Positions 55,873 to 63,682 of a stretch of DNA of 64,000 bases are shown here, piece by piece. The notes beneath the pieces are model-generated. The model saw nothing but the letters and a program-made list of their open reading frames with translations. It ran no database searches and was not told where the DNA came from. The translations under genes were made by a program, and so were the position numbers. Each line of letters begins with the position of its first letter. Position 1 is the stretch's first letter. This DNA is from a virus. Location: positions 96,001 through 160,000 of the IMG/VR virus record IMGVR_UViG_3300025133_000027, one strand, 5' to 3'.

Positions 55873-58800
55873 AATTAAATTTACAAACCTTCACGCTCAC
55901 ACTACATTTAGCACTTTTGATGGTTTAGGATATCCTGCCGAGCATTATGACTATGCTTTTGAAAACGGCATGGACGCTATGGCTATTACAGATCATGGCA
56001 ATATGAACTCGCTTAGTTACTGCCTAGAACATATTAAGAAGATGAAAAAAGAAGGCAAGGACTTCAAACCAATTTTTGGCATTGAAGCATATTTTGTAGA
56101 CTCTGTATCGGATTGGAAAATAGCATATGACAAAGAACGAGAAAATAAGAAAGCTAAAAGCAAGAAGGCAAGCGCTGACGAAAAAAATGGCACAATTGTT
56201 GAAGACGAAAATGCTTCAAAAGCAGCCGGAAAAACACTCCGAAGTCGTGCTCACCTTGTCCTTCTAGCCAAGAATGAAGTTGGCCTAAAGAACATCTTCT
56301 CGATGATTTCACAATCATATAAATCACCTAACTTCTATTACTACCCAAGAATTGATTTTGACTTGCTTCGAAAGCATTCAGAAGGGGTTATTGTTAGTTC
56401 GGCTTGCCTTGGTGGTCCTCTTTCAAAGATCTTCTGGAACAACCAAGAAGAGTCGGATGAGCATCTTGTAGAGTTAATGCTTGAGAAAGTGAACAAGTTC
56501 AAGGAAATTCTAGGCGAGGATTTTTACGGTGAAATCCAATGGAACAGAATAGAGGAGCAACATAAGGTAAACAAGCTCGTTATTGAGGCATGTAAACAAG
56601 CTAATGTTGAGATTATTTCAACCGCAGATAGTCACTACCCAAGACCTGAGCTTTGGAAAGAGCGACAGATCTATAAGTCAATTGGTTGGATGAAAAAATC
56701 CTCTAGTGAAGAACTTCTAGCCTCTATTGACCCAGATAGGGAGTCACTAAAGGGTGAATATTACCCAAAGAATGGCGAGCAAATGTGGGATGCTTACAAG
56801 AAATACTCAGATGAACTTGGGTATTCTTATGATGATGACTTTATTCGTTCAACCATGGAAAGAACACACCAAATATCTTCAGATAAAATTACAGAGTTTG
56901 CTCTAGATAATACTCCGAGACTGCCAGATTTCGTCGTTCCAGAGGGGAAAACACCCGAAGAAACGCTCAGAGAACTCTCTCTAGCAGGTCTCAAAGATAA
57001 GGGTAGGGACCAAGACCTTGAGTATATCGAGAGACTGAACAGCGAGCTTGAAGTAATTGAGTATCGAGGGTTCTCAAAGTATTTCATCACAATGAAGGCT
57101 ATTATCGATCTTGCGAAAGACACTCAGTTAATTGGCCCTGGTCGAGGATCTGCTGCTGGCTCCTTGGTTGCTTATGTTCTTGAAATTACACAAGCTGACC
57201 CCATCAAGTATGGTCTACAGTTTAGCAGATTCTTGAGAAGAGACGCTAACGATTATCCAGACATTGATGTTGACTTTGGTTATAATATGGAACTTAAGAA
57301 TCTTCTTATTGAAGAATGGGGAGCAGACACAGTTGTTCCTATTACAAACTTCAATACGCTGAAGCTACGTTCTTTGATTAAGGACTTATCAAAACTTTAT
57401 GGTATTCCATTTATGGAAGTAAATAAGGTCACTTCGGTAATGGAAGAAGAGGCTACACCTGGGGCTAAGAAAGCAAGAGGCATGAAGACTGGTCATATTG
57501 TTCCAACTTTTGATGAGTTAATGAAGCACTCGCCTTCGCTTATCTCTTTCATGAAGAAACACTCACAGATTGCTTCTCACGTTAAAGTTCTTCATGGGCA
57601 AGTGAGAAGTATCGCAAGGCACGCTGGTGGCGTTGTTATCGCAGATGACCTGAATAACCACATGCCGTTGATTTCATCAAAAGGAATTACACAAACTCCT
57701 TGGAGTGAAGGGCAAAACGTAAGACACTTGGAGCCCATGGGCTTCATTAAGTTTGATATTTTGGCTCTTGATGCTTTAAAAATGTTTGACTCGTGTATCA
57801 ATACAATTCTAAAGAGAAAATATGGTATTGCAGAGCCTACTTTTGCTCAAAGATTAGATTTTTACAACAAGAATCTTCATCCTGATGTTATGGATATGGA
57901 AGATCAGGAAGTCTTTGAAAACGTATTTCATGAGGGCAAGTGGGTCGGAATATTTCAATTTACAGAGTCCACTGCACAAGACCTCTGTAGTGCTTCTAAG
58001 CCAAGGTCAATTGTTGACATATCAGCCGTAACAAGCATTGTAAGACCAGGACCATTAGAGGCTGATGTAGATAAGTCTTATCTGAAAGCAAAGAAGAGTC
58101 CAAGATCAGTAAGATATCTTAACAAGACTGTGGAAGAGGTCACGAAAGAAACATCAGGTTTTTTGATTTTTCAAGAGCAAATTGCATTACTAGCTCACAA
58201 GCTAGGCAAGGATATCTCACTAGATGAGGGTAATAAGCTAAGAAAGCTTCTAACCAAGAAAGGAATCGATGAAATCGAGGAAAAGAAAAAGAAGATTAAA
58301 GATAAGTTTGATGCTGGTTGTCTTGAGAAGAAGATTTCAAAGAAAGATGCCACCGATATGTGGAAGACCTTCGAGTTCTTTTCAGGTTATGGATTCAATA
58401 AGTCACACGCAGTTTGTTACAGTATGATTTCATATCAGTGTGCGTGGTTAATGACATATCACGAGCCTGAGTGGGTTGCAGCTTTCCTTGATAAAGAGCC
58501 TGATTCTAGAAAAGAGAAGGCAATTTCACTAGCAAGAACACTGGGATATGAGATTGTCAAACCAACAATTAATCATTCTGGATTCAAATGGGAGCCTATT
58601 GATATTGATGGAACAACTAAGCTCGTGCAGCCATTGAGTTCGATCAAAGGACTCGGAGTAACAGCTATTTCACAAATTCTAGAACATAGACCCTTTAAGA
58701 CAGTTGAAGAAACATTATTCAATGACAAGATTTCCTATCGTGCTTTCAACAAAAAAGCTTTTGATGTTCTGTGTAGGTCTGGAGCTATGAATAGTCTTAT

Positions 58801-59293
58801 GGATTCTAGGTTCACAGGTAGTAAACATTTCTGGACTGTAGTTGCGGCGAACAAGCCAACAAAGAAGCAACAAAAAATCTTTAAAGAAAATATTGCCGTT
58901 TTTGCAGGAGAAGGTGAGTTTAGTAGGGATGAGCAGATTGAAAATATTCTGTCACTAACAGGTTTCTATCCGTTAGAACTTGTTGTTGGGCAAGAATCTC
59001 TAGATAAGCTTGAAGAGTGTGGAATTCCTCCCTTAGGAGAATTTGATAAAGATCTGCAAGTTGCATGGTGTATTCCAAGAGAGATCATAAAAAGAGTAAC
59101 GAAGAAAAATAAGCAATATTGGATTGTGAAGGTTACTGATTCTACGAATACGATGATTGACATTAAGTGTTGGGGTATTAGACCAATTCTTGACACTTTA
59201 AAGCTTAATGCTATATATATTGTTAATCCCAAGTTTGAGCAGACTTGGGGCTTCTCAACCTCATCAATTTCAACACAGTGGAAAAAACTATAA
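55862..59293 (+). CDS. dnaE: DNA polymerase III alpha subunit (family C)
   Basis: PHP motifs HAHTTFS.FDG and ITDHG; GPGRGSAAGS; PDIDVD; RHAGG; KFDIL; YGFNKSH. TTG start. Confidence 0.96.
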   Translation: MSNKIKFTNLHAHTTFSTFDGLGYPAEHYDYAFENGMDAMAITDHGNMNSLSYCLEHIKKMKKEGKDFKPIFGIEAYFVDSVSDWKIAYDKERENKKAKSKKASADEKNGTIVEDENASKAAGKTLRSRAHLVLLAKNEVGLKNIFSMISQSYKSPNFYYYPRIDFDLLRKHSEGVIVSSACLGGPLSKIFWNNQEESDEHLVELMLEKVNKFKEILGEDFYGEIQWNRIEEQHKVNKLVIEACKQANVEIISTADSHYPRPELWKERQIYKSIGWMKKSSSEELLASIDPDRESLKGEYYPKNGEQMWDAYKKYSDELGYSYDDDFIRSTMERTHQISSDKITEFALDNTPRLPDFVVPEGKTPEETLRELSLAGLKDKGRDQDLEYIERLNSELEVIEYRGFSKYFITMKAIIDLAKDTQLIGPGRGSAAGSLVAYVLEITQADPIKYGLQFSRFLRRDANDYPDIDVDFGYNMELKNLLIEEWGADTVVPITNFNTLKLRSLIKDLSKLYGIPFMEVNKVTSVMEEEATPGAKKARGMKTGHIVPTFDELMKHSPSLISFMKKHSQIASHVKVLHGQVRSIARHAGGVVIADDLNNHMPLISSKGITQTPWSEGQNVRHLEPMGFIKFDILALDALKMFDSCINTILKRKYGIAEPTFAQRLDFYNKNLHPDVMDMEDQEVFENVFHEGKWVGIFQFTESTAQDLCSASKPRSIVDISAVTSIVRPGPLEADVDKSYLKAKKSPRSVRYLNKTVEEVTKETSGFLIFQEQIALLAHKLGKDISLDEGNKLRKLLTKKGIDEIEEKKKKIKDKFDAGCLEKKISKKDATDMWKTFEFFSGYGFNKSHAVCYSMISYQCAWLMTYHEPEWVAAFLDKEPDSRKEKAISLARTLGYEIVKPTINHSGFKWEPIDIDGTTKLVQPLSSIKGLGVTAISQILEHRPFKTVEETLFNDKISYRAFNKKAFDVLCRSGAMNSLMDSRFTGSKHFWTVVAANKPTKKQQKIFKENIAVFAGEGEFSRDEQIENILSLTGFYPLELVVGQESLDKLEECGIPPLGEFDKDLQVAWCIPREIIKRVTKKNKQYWIVKVTDSTNTMIDIKCWGIRPILDTLKLNAIYIVNPKFEQTWGFSTSSISTQWKKL

Positions 59294-59310
59294 AACTTCG
59301 GCATGTCAAT

Positions 59311-59320
59311 ACTATTTATA
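59311..59320 (+). promoter_or_regulatory. Putative late promoter ACTATTTATA
   Basis: Exact motif upstream of AAGGAG SD. Confidence 0.65.
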
Positions 59321-59350
59321 TTAGCCACCCCCTTAAGGAGACTATTATAA

Positions 59351-60121
59351 ATGGTATCGCCACGAAAAAGAAAAGTCAAAAAATATTTAATCGGAACATA
59401 TGTTAATAACGCTGGGTTATCAACGACAGGAATTCTTGCAGCAAACGATGCTAGTTTGCTTAGTGCAAGCCTTGCCGACCCTGCTGTTGTTGGTACAAGC
59501 AGCGCAGCAGGATATTTTGCTAATGCAAGCACCGCTCTATTGACAGATGGAGCTTCTGACGGTGACGGAAACTTCTCAAATGCTGGAGTTGCTCCTAAAA
59601 CTGGTGAAACTACGGACTTTTCTGGTGAGACTGTTTCCCATTTTAAGTTATCACTCCCAGGTGAAGCAGCAATTCAAGTTTCTGCAACAAACTGGCCTGT
59701 AATTATTTATAGTCCTGATGGGCCTTCTGCTAATTCACATAAGACTTACTCTAGTTGGGGACTCAATGCAACTGCTTCTATCGGGTTTGATAATCAAGTC
59801 ACAGGCTCGGTAAACGAAGTTACTCACTTGCAAGTTTACTATGCCGGTACTCTACACTCAAATTCTTTAGGGTATGATAAGTTAGAGATATATGCAGGGG
59901 CGGGACCATCCCTTGTAGCTTCGGTATCTGGAACAAATGAATATGTGTCTGGAAATCTATACATTGAAACAGCATCCATAGGTGGGTCTGGTTTTCTAAT
60001 GGCTACCTTATCATCATCAGCAGATCAAACTAACACCGATTGGTTAAGTGGTTTCTTAGTTCACGTTTCTGGTACCGTTGGCACAACCACTCCAACAGGT
60101 TCAGCTTGGACTTTAGCTTAA
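59351..60121 (+). CDS. Late S/T/G/A-rich virion-type protein with a basic N-terminus
   Basis: Composition resembles structural proteins; has its own late motif. Confidence 0.55.
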   Translation: MVSPRKRKVKKYLIGTYVNNAGLSTTGILAANDASLLSASLADPAVVGTSSAAGYFANASTALLTDGASDGDGNFSNAGVAPKTGETTDFSGETVSHFKLSLPGEAAIQVSATNWPVIIYSPDGPSANSHKTYSSWGLNATASIGFDNQVTGSVNEVTHLQVYYAGTLHSNSLGYDKLEIYAGAGPSLVASVSGTNEYVSGNLYIETASIGGSGFLMATLSSSADQTNTDWLSGFLVHVSGTVGTTTPTGSAWTLA

Positions 60122-60128
60122 TTTAGAG

Positions 60129-60186
60129 TTGACATAAAATAAAACCTCCTGTATGATATCTTAATGATGCCATACAGGAGGTTTTT
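60129..60186 (+). promoter_or_regulatory. Sigma70 promoter inside a 15-bp terminator/SD-sequestering hairpin
   Basis: TTGACA-17-TATGAT. Perfect inverted repeat AAAACCTCCTGTATG (60141-60155) / CATACAGGAGGTTTT (60171-60185). Confidence 0.8.
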
Positions 60187-60645
60187 ATGGTTTTACACAC
60201 AGCAATCTTGAGAGACAGAGTAAAAAAGCCAAAACGAGCACACAATACGGATGCTGGTATTGATTTTTTTTACTGTCCAATAGAAAAATTAACATTAGCA
60301 ATTAGGCCGGGAGAGACTAAGTTGTTAAAAACCGGGGTATCCGTTGCGGTCCCTGAGGGTTTTTATTTAGAAATAAAAAACAAATCAGGTATGGCTTACA
60401 AAAAACAATTACTAGTTGGCGCTTGTGTTATCGACGCTGGGTATGATGGTGAGGTTTTTGTTAACCTACACAATGTAGGTAATAAGATTACATTTATAGA
60501 TCCTGGTGATAAGATTGCTCAAGGAGTTTTATTAAGGCACCATCTAACTTCATTAAAATTTGAAGAACCTACAAAAGTTTCAGAAAGAAATTCTATGATT
60601 TCAAAACGAGGTTCCGGCGCGCTTGGAAGCACGGGAGTCAAATAA
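60187..60645 (+). CDS. dut: dUTPase (trimeric type)
   Basis: DAGID, NKSG, VIDAGYDGE, KIAQ and RGSGALGSTG motifs. Confidence 0.93.
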   Translation: MVLHTAILRDRVKKPKRAHNTDAGIDFFYCPIEKLTLAIRPGETKLLKTGVSVAVPEGFYLEIKNKSGMAYKKQLLVGACVIDAGYDGEVFVNLHNVGNKITFIDPGDKIAQGVLLRHHLTSLKFEEPTKVSERNSMISKRGSGALGSTGVK

Positions 60646-61166
60646 TGACTAATCCAAATGGACAACTTAAAAACCTGAATCAGGTCCACTATACATCAAA
60701 TTCTGATGAGTGGGGAACTCCTGATGCTTTTATGGAAGTTTTAAATCAGAGGTTTGGTGATTTTACACTTGATCCCTGTTGCACAATAAACAGTGCAAAA
60801 GCTCCAAATTTTATAACTTCAAATGAAAATGGACTAACAAAAGATTGGAGCGGAAATGTTTATATGAACCCTCCATATTCTAGTGTTTCTAAGTGGATTG
60901 ACAAGGCTATCTTTGAAACGGCCTCCGGTAATACGGATAGAGTAGTCTGTCTCGTACCAGCTAGGACGGCTACCAAGTGGTTTTACAGGGCTGCAATCGA
61001 GGCTTCTGAGGTTCTTTTTGTCCATGGAAGACTCTCATTTGAAAACCCTGTAAACAAAAATAAGAACTCTGCACCATTCCCTTCAGTTGTTATTGTCTTT
61101 GAAAAGAAAAGTGCTCTAACCCCACTAAGTGGAGCTAAATTTGGCTTTCTAGGGAGGACATTATAA
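60645..61166 (+). CDS. Phage DNA N6-adenine methyltransferase (Dam-like)
   Basis: DEWGTP, LDPC, YMNPPYS, LVPART, GRLSF and APFPS motifs. Confidence 0.88.
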   Translation: MTNPNGQLKNLNQVHYTSNSDEWGTPDAFMEVLNQRFGDFTLDPCCTINSAKAPNFITSNENGLTKDWSGNVYMNPPYSSVSKWIDKAIFETASGNTDRVVCLVPARTATKWFYRAAIEASEVLFVHGRLSFENPVNKNKNSAPFPSVVIVFEKKSALTPLSGAKFGFLGRTL

Positions 61167-61426
61167 TGTCCTCAATTGCAAGAAATTTAGAAAAGAAAAA
61201 AGAACGTAACGAAGATAAGAAGGCTGAGAAGAATATGGCCAAGAAGATTTCTATGTTTGATAGAATTCCTGATGAATGTCTAACCTGTAAAGCTCCTTTT
61301 GACAAGAAAAGTAAAATACATGCACAGACCTGGATTGTATCCGTCTTTACTGAACAGAAGAAGGTTGTAATTATATGCCCAGAATGTTATAATAAGAAGG
61401 TAGCAGAAAGGAGCAGCAATGATTGA
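61166..61426 (+). CDS. Hypothetical zinc-ribbon protein
   Basis: CLTC...CPEC. Confidence 0.6.
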   Translation: MSSIARNLEKKKERNEDKKAEKNMAKKISMFDRIPDECLTCKAPFDKKSKIHAQTWIVSVFTEQKKVVIICPECYNKKVAERSSND

Positions 61427-61700
61427 GCAAGATTGTTTATTATATTTTTCAAGTGATATGTGTGGTTTATGTGAGGTTTTAGATGAAGTCCTCGTTAAAA
61501 TAGAGCGATTATATCCTAGCTTAACGGTATATAAACTAAACCAAGAAGAAGACCTTCAGCTTTTTGAAAAGTTTGAAATTGACGGAGTGCCAACTTTATA
61601 TATGAGAAGAGTGGAGGGGTTCGTTGAAATACCCTACCCCGAAACTGGTTATCAGTATGAGTATTTAAAGGATTACTTTGAAGAGGTATACAGTGTATAA
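61419..61700 (+). CDS. Thioredoxin-like protein
   Basis: YFSSDMCGLC active-site pattern and IDGVPTL cis-Pro loop. Confidence 0.8.
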   Translation: MIEQDCLLYFSSDMCGLCEVLDEVLVKIERLYPSLTVYKLNQEEDLQLFEKFEIDGVPTLYMRRVEGFVEIPYPETGYQYEYLKDYFEEVYSV

Positions 61701-62010
61701 CTTTCCTTACAAAGTGTCGCTTAGGATCGGGTATCATAAACTAACACAATTAAAAGTATATGCTAGATATGACGGCATGAGTTATATTAAACTTCTTAAA
61801 GCCCTAGCAACAGGATATGTTGACGGAGACCCAGACATTCGGTCTTTCGTTGAGAAACATAAGCTTAAAGAAAAACTTAGTTATAAGAAATATATAAAAG
61901 TATCAAAAAATAGTTTTCAAAAAAAGCAAGAAATCAACAAATTGTATAATATTAATCAAGCTTTTAATAAGAAAAATGTTCAAGACGTTGAGGAGATTAG
62001 TGGAATATGA
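61678..62010 (+). CDS. Basic hypothetical protein (possibly DNA-binding)
   Basis: 110 aa and K-rich; the start is uncertain. Confidence 0.5.
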   Translation: MKRYTVYNFPYKVSLRIGYHKLTQLKVYARYDGMSYIKLLKALATGYVDGDPDIRSFVEKHKLKEKLSYKKYIKVSKNSFQKKQEINKLYNINQAFNKKNVQDVEEISGI

Positions 62011-62237
62011 ATTGCCATGAAACTTGTGAGTTAGCCTGTGAAGGCTGCCCAGTCCAAAAATGTAAATTCTGGATAGATTATCCCGAAGAGTTTAATTGCT
62101 CAAAAATTTCAGTCGAAAAGAATGGAGCAATGACTCTAAGAGAAACAGCTAAAAGGCTCGGCATATCATATGTAAGAGTTAAGCAATTAGAAGATGAAGC
62201 CTTAGAAGCCCTTTCTACTATCGAAGACAAAAGATAA
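62007..62237 (+). CDS. Cys-rich domain fused to a sigma70 region-4 helix-turn-helix
   Basis: Six Cys in the N-terminal half, then MTLRETAKRLGISYVRVKQLEDEAL. Confidence 0.75.
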   Translation: MNCHETCELACEGCPVQKCKFWIDYPEEFNCSKISVEKNGAMTLRETAKRLGISYVRVKQLEDEALEALSTIEDKR

Positions 62238-62250
62238 CAATAAATTGAAT

Positions 62251-62739
62251 TATTTATACCTGTATACCGTTGGAGGTTTTTTAAGCTATGAGTGTATCAA
62301 AAGAAAATGTGGTTAAAAAGTGGAAAAAACTATCAGGAGAAGAGTACGATAAAGCTGTAACCAGTTTGTACGAGATAGATGACCGCTACATGACGATGAG
62401 TGCTAAACGAAGCCACGAGATTGATTTGACGATCAGTCACCTCCTCGGCCTTGACTTTCCAGTCAAGAGGCGCAAAGCAATCAAGAAGGCATTGGGCAAA
62501 ATCAACCGACGCCTCTTTTTGAAGCATGTCGTGATTATAGTGCGCGGATTTTTTGACAAACAGTTTATTCCAGAAACTGGAGAATTTGCAAGAGTTACCC
62601 GAGAATGCCTCGGTGAAGTTTTGTCTGATGATGAACTGAATGACTATCTAGGTGAATGGATTAAATCCAACAAACTAATATAAGTTGAAATTAACGTTTT
62701 TTATATACTATTTATATCTGTATACCGTTGGAGGTTTTT
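62251..62739 (+). repeat. Duplicated 31-bp late leader (promoter core plus SD)
   Basis: TATTTATA(C/T)CTGTATACCGTTGGAGGTTTTT at 62251-62281 and 62709-62739, 30/31 identical. Confidence 0.92.
62288..62683 (+). CDS. Late hypothetical protein (internal-protein candidate)
   Basis: KENVVKKWKKLSG N-terminus; late leader. Confidence 0.65.
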   Translation: MSVSKENVVKKWKKLSGEEYDKAVTSLYEIDDRYMTMSAKRSHEIDLTISHLLGLDFPVKRRKAIKKALGKINRRLFLKHVVIIVRGFFDKQFIPETGEFARVTRECLGEVLSDDELNDYLGEWIKSNKLI

Positions 62740-62744
62740 AAATA

Positions 62745-63599
62745 ATGACTTTACTAAAAGAAAATGTAGTTGTAGATTTCATGAGGCACGCTGGCCTCTC
62801 TACGCATACTACGAAGATTATCAGAGAAATGAAAGAAGCAGACGAAGAAGTCCAAGAAGAAGGCAAGAGCTGCGAAGATTGCGATTGTGGCGAGAAAGGC
62901 TGCGAGAAGTGTAAAAAGGGCAAAAAAGTTGTTGAAGAAGCCGAAGCCGAAGACGACAGCGCTCTTTATGAAGAACTAAAGAGTCTTATGGAAGCCGAAG
63001 GTTTTGGCGAAGAAGATGAAGAGGAACCCGGTATGGAATACGGGAACGAGAGAGGCGAAGAAGAGATGGGTGATGACGAAGACCTTGATATGAGCGACGA
63101 AGACGTTGATGATGAGGATCTTGGCCTAGAAGATGATAGTATGGATATGGAAGACGACGAGGCGGGTGTTTCGTCCGGTAGTCCAGAAGTTGAAGATGCA
63201 ATCAAGCAAGTTCTTGAAGCATTTGCTGAGGCTGTAAGTTCAACTCTCGGAATCAAAATCGATGTTACTCAAGGTGACGATGATGATGATGAAGGCATGG
63301 AAGGCATGGAAGGCATGGAAGACATGGGCGATGAAGGCATGGAAGACATGGGCGATGAAGGCATGGAAGACATGGACGATGAAGGCATGGAAGACATGGA
63401 CGATGAAGAAGATATGGGTGGCGAAGAAGAACTCGCTCCTGAAGAAGAAGAAGCCCTACAAGAAGCTATCAATCTTCTAAAGAAGAGCATGCGAAAGAAG
63501 ACAAAAAAAGCTACAAGGCTTAAAGAGTCTAAGATGTCAAACAAAGCTCTTATTAGCCGAGTAAAGAGAAGAATTGCAAAAAGAGTTTCAAAAAAGTAA
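62745..63599 (+). CDS. Highly acidic late protein resembling the scaffold/core protein
   Basis: D/E/G/M low-complexity body, basic C-terminus, CEDCDC..CEKC cluster; late leader. Confidence 0.7.
   Translation: MTLLKENVVVDFMRHAGLSTHTTKIIREMKEADEEVQEEGKSCEDCDCGEKGCEKCKKGKKVVEEAEAEDDSALYEELKSLMEAEGFGEEDEEEPGMEYGNERGEEEMGDDEDLDMSDEDVDDEDLGLEDDSMDMEDDEAGVSSGSPEVEDAIKQVLEAFAEAVSSTLGIKIDVTQGDDDDDEGMEGMEGMEDMGDEGMEDMGDEGMEDMDDEGMEDMDDEEDMGGEEELAPEEEEALQEAINLLKKSMRKKTKKATRLKESKMSNKALISRVKRRIAKRVSKK
63291..63404 (+). repeat. 9-bp and 24-bp tandem repeats (EGM; EGMEDM[G/D]D x4)
   Basis: GAAGGCATG x3, then GAAGGCATGGAAGACATGG(G/A)CGAT x4. Confidence 0.92.
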
Positions 63600-63623
63600 T
63601 TTAAAATATTAAATGGTATACAC

Positions 63624-63653
63624 AAAAGAGTCATCCGAAAGGGTGGCTCTTTT
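63624..63653 (+). terminator. Intrinsic terminator
   Basis: AAAAGAGTCATCC-GAAA-GGGTGGCTCTTTT. Confidence 0.85.
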
Positions 63654-63663
63654 ACTATTTATA
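63654..63663 (+). promoter_or_regulatory. Putative late promoter ACTATTTATA
   Basis: Exact motif abutting the terminator, then GGAG SD. Confidence 0.65.
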
Positions 63664-63682
63664 CATATATATGGAGACAAAC

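Noticed and set aside
13121-59293. Inteins, introns or homing endonucleases in terL, helicase, nrdJ, recA or dnaE
   Set aside because: Protein lengths and motif spacing are normal, with no splice-junction, LAGLIDADG or HNH signatures seen.
60645-61166. Methylase as part of a restriction-modification system
   Set aside because: No adjacent endonuclease; orphan methylases are common in phages.
63291-63404. Tandem repeats as a possible CRISPR array (also 20848-20901)
   Set aside because: Units are contiguous multiples of 3 nt inside coding frames, with no unique spacers and no cas genes.
596-63634. Numerous minus-strand and nested alternative-frame ORFs in the track (e.g. 9858-10415, 58966-59532, 63269-63634, 63262-63480)
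   Set aside because: They shadow well-supported + strand genes, lack SDs and motifs, and mirror codon bias or repeats (S/F/L-rich).
16573-63663. Reading the late motif as T4 TATAAATA promoters firing on the minus strand
   Set aside because: The motif is consistently placed just upstream of + strand SD/ATG with no credible minus-strand genes. Antisense activity cannot be fully excluded without TSS data.
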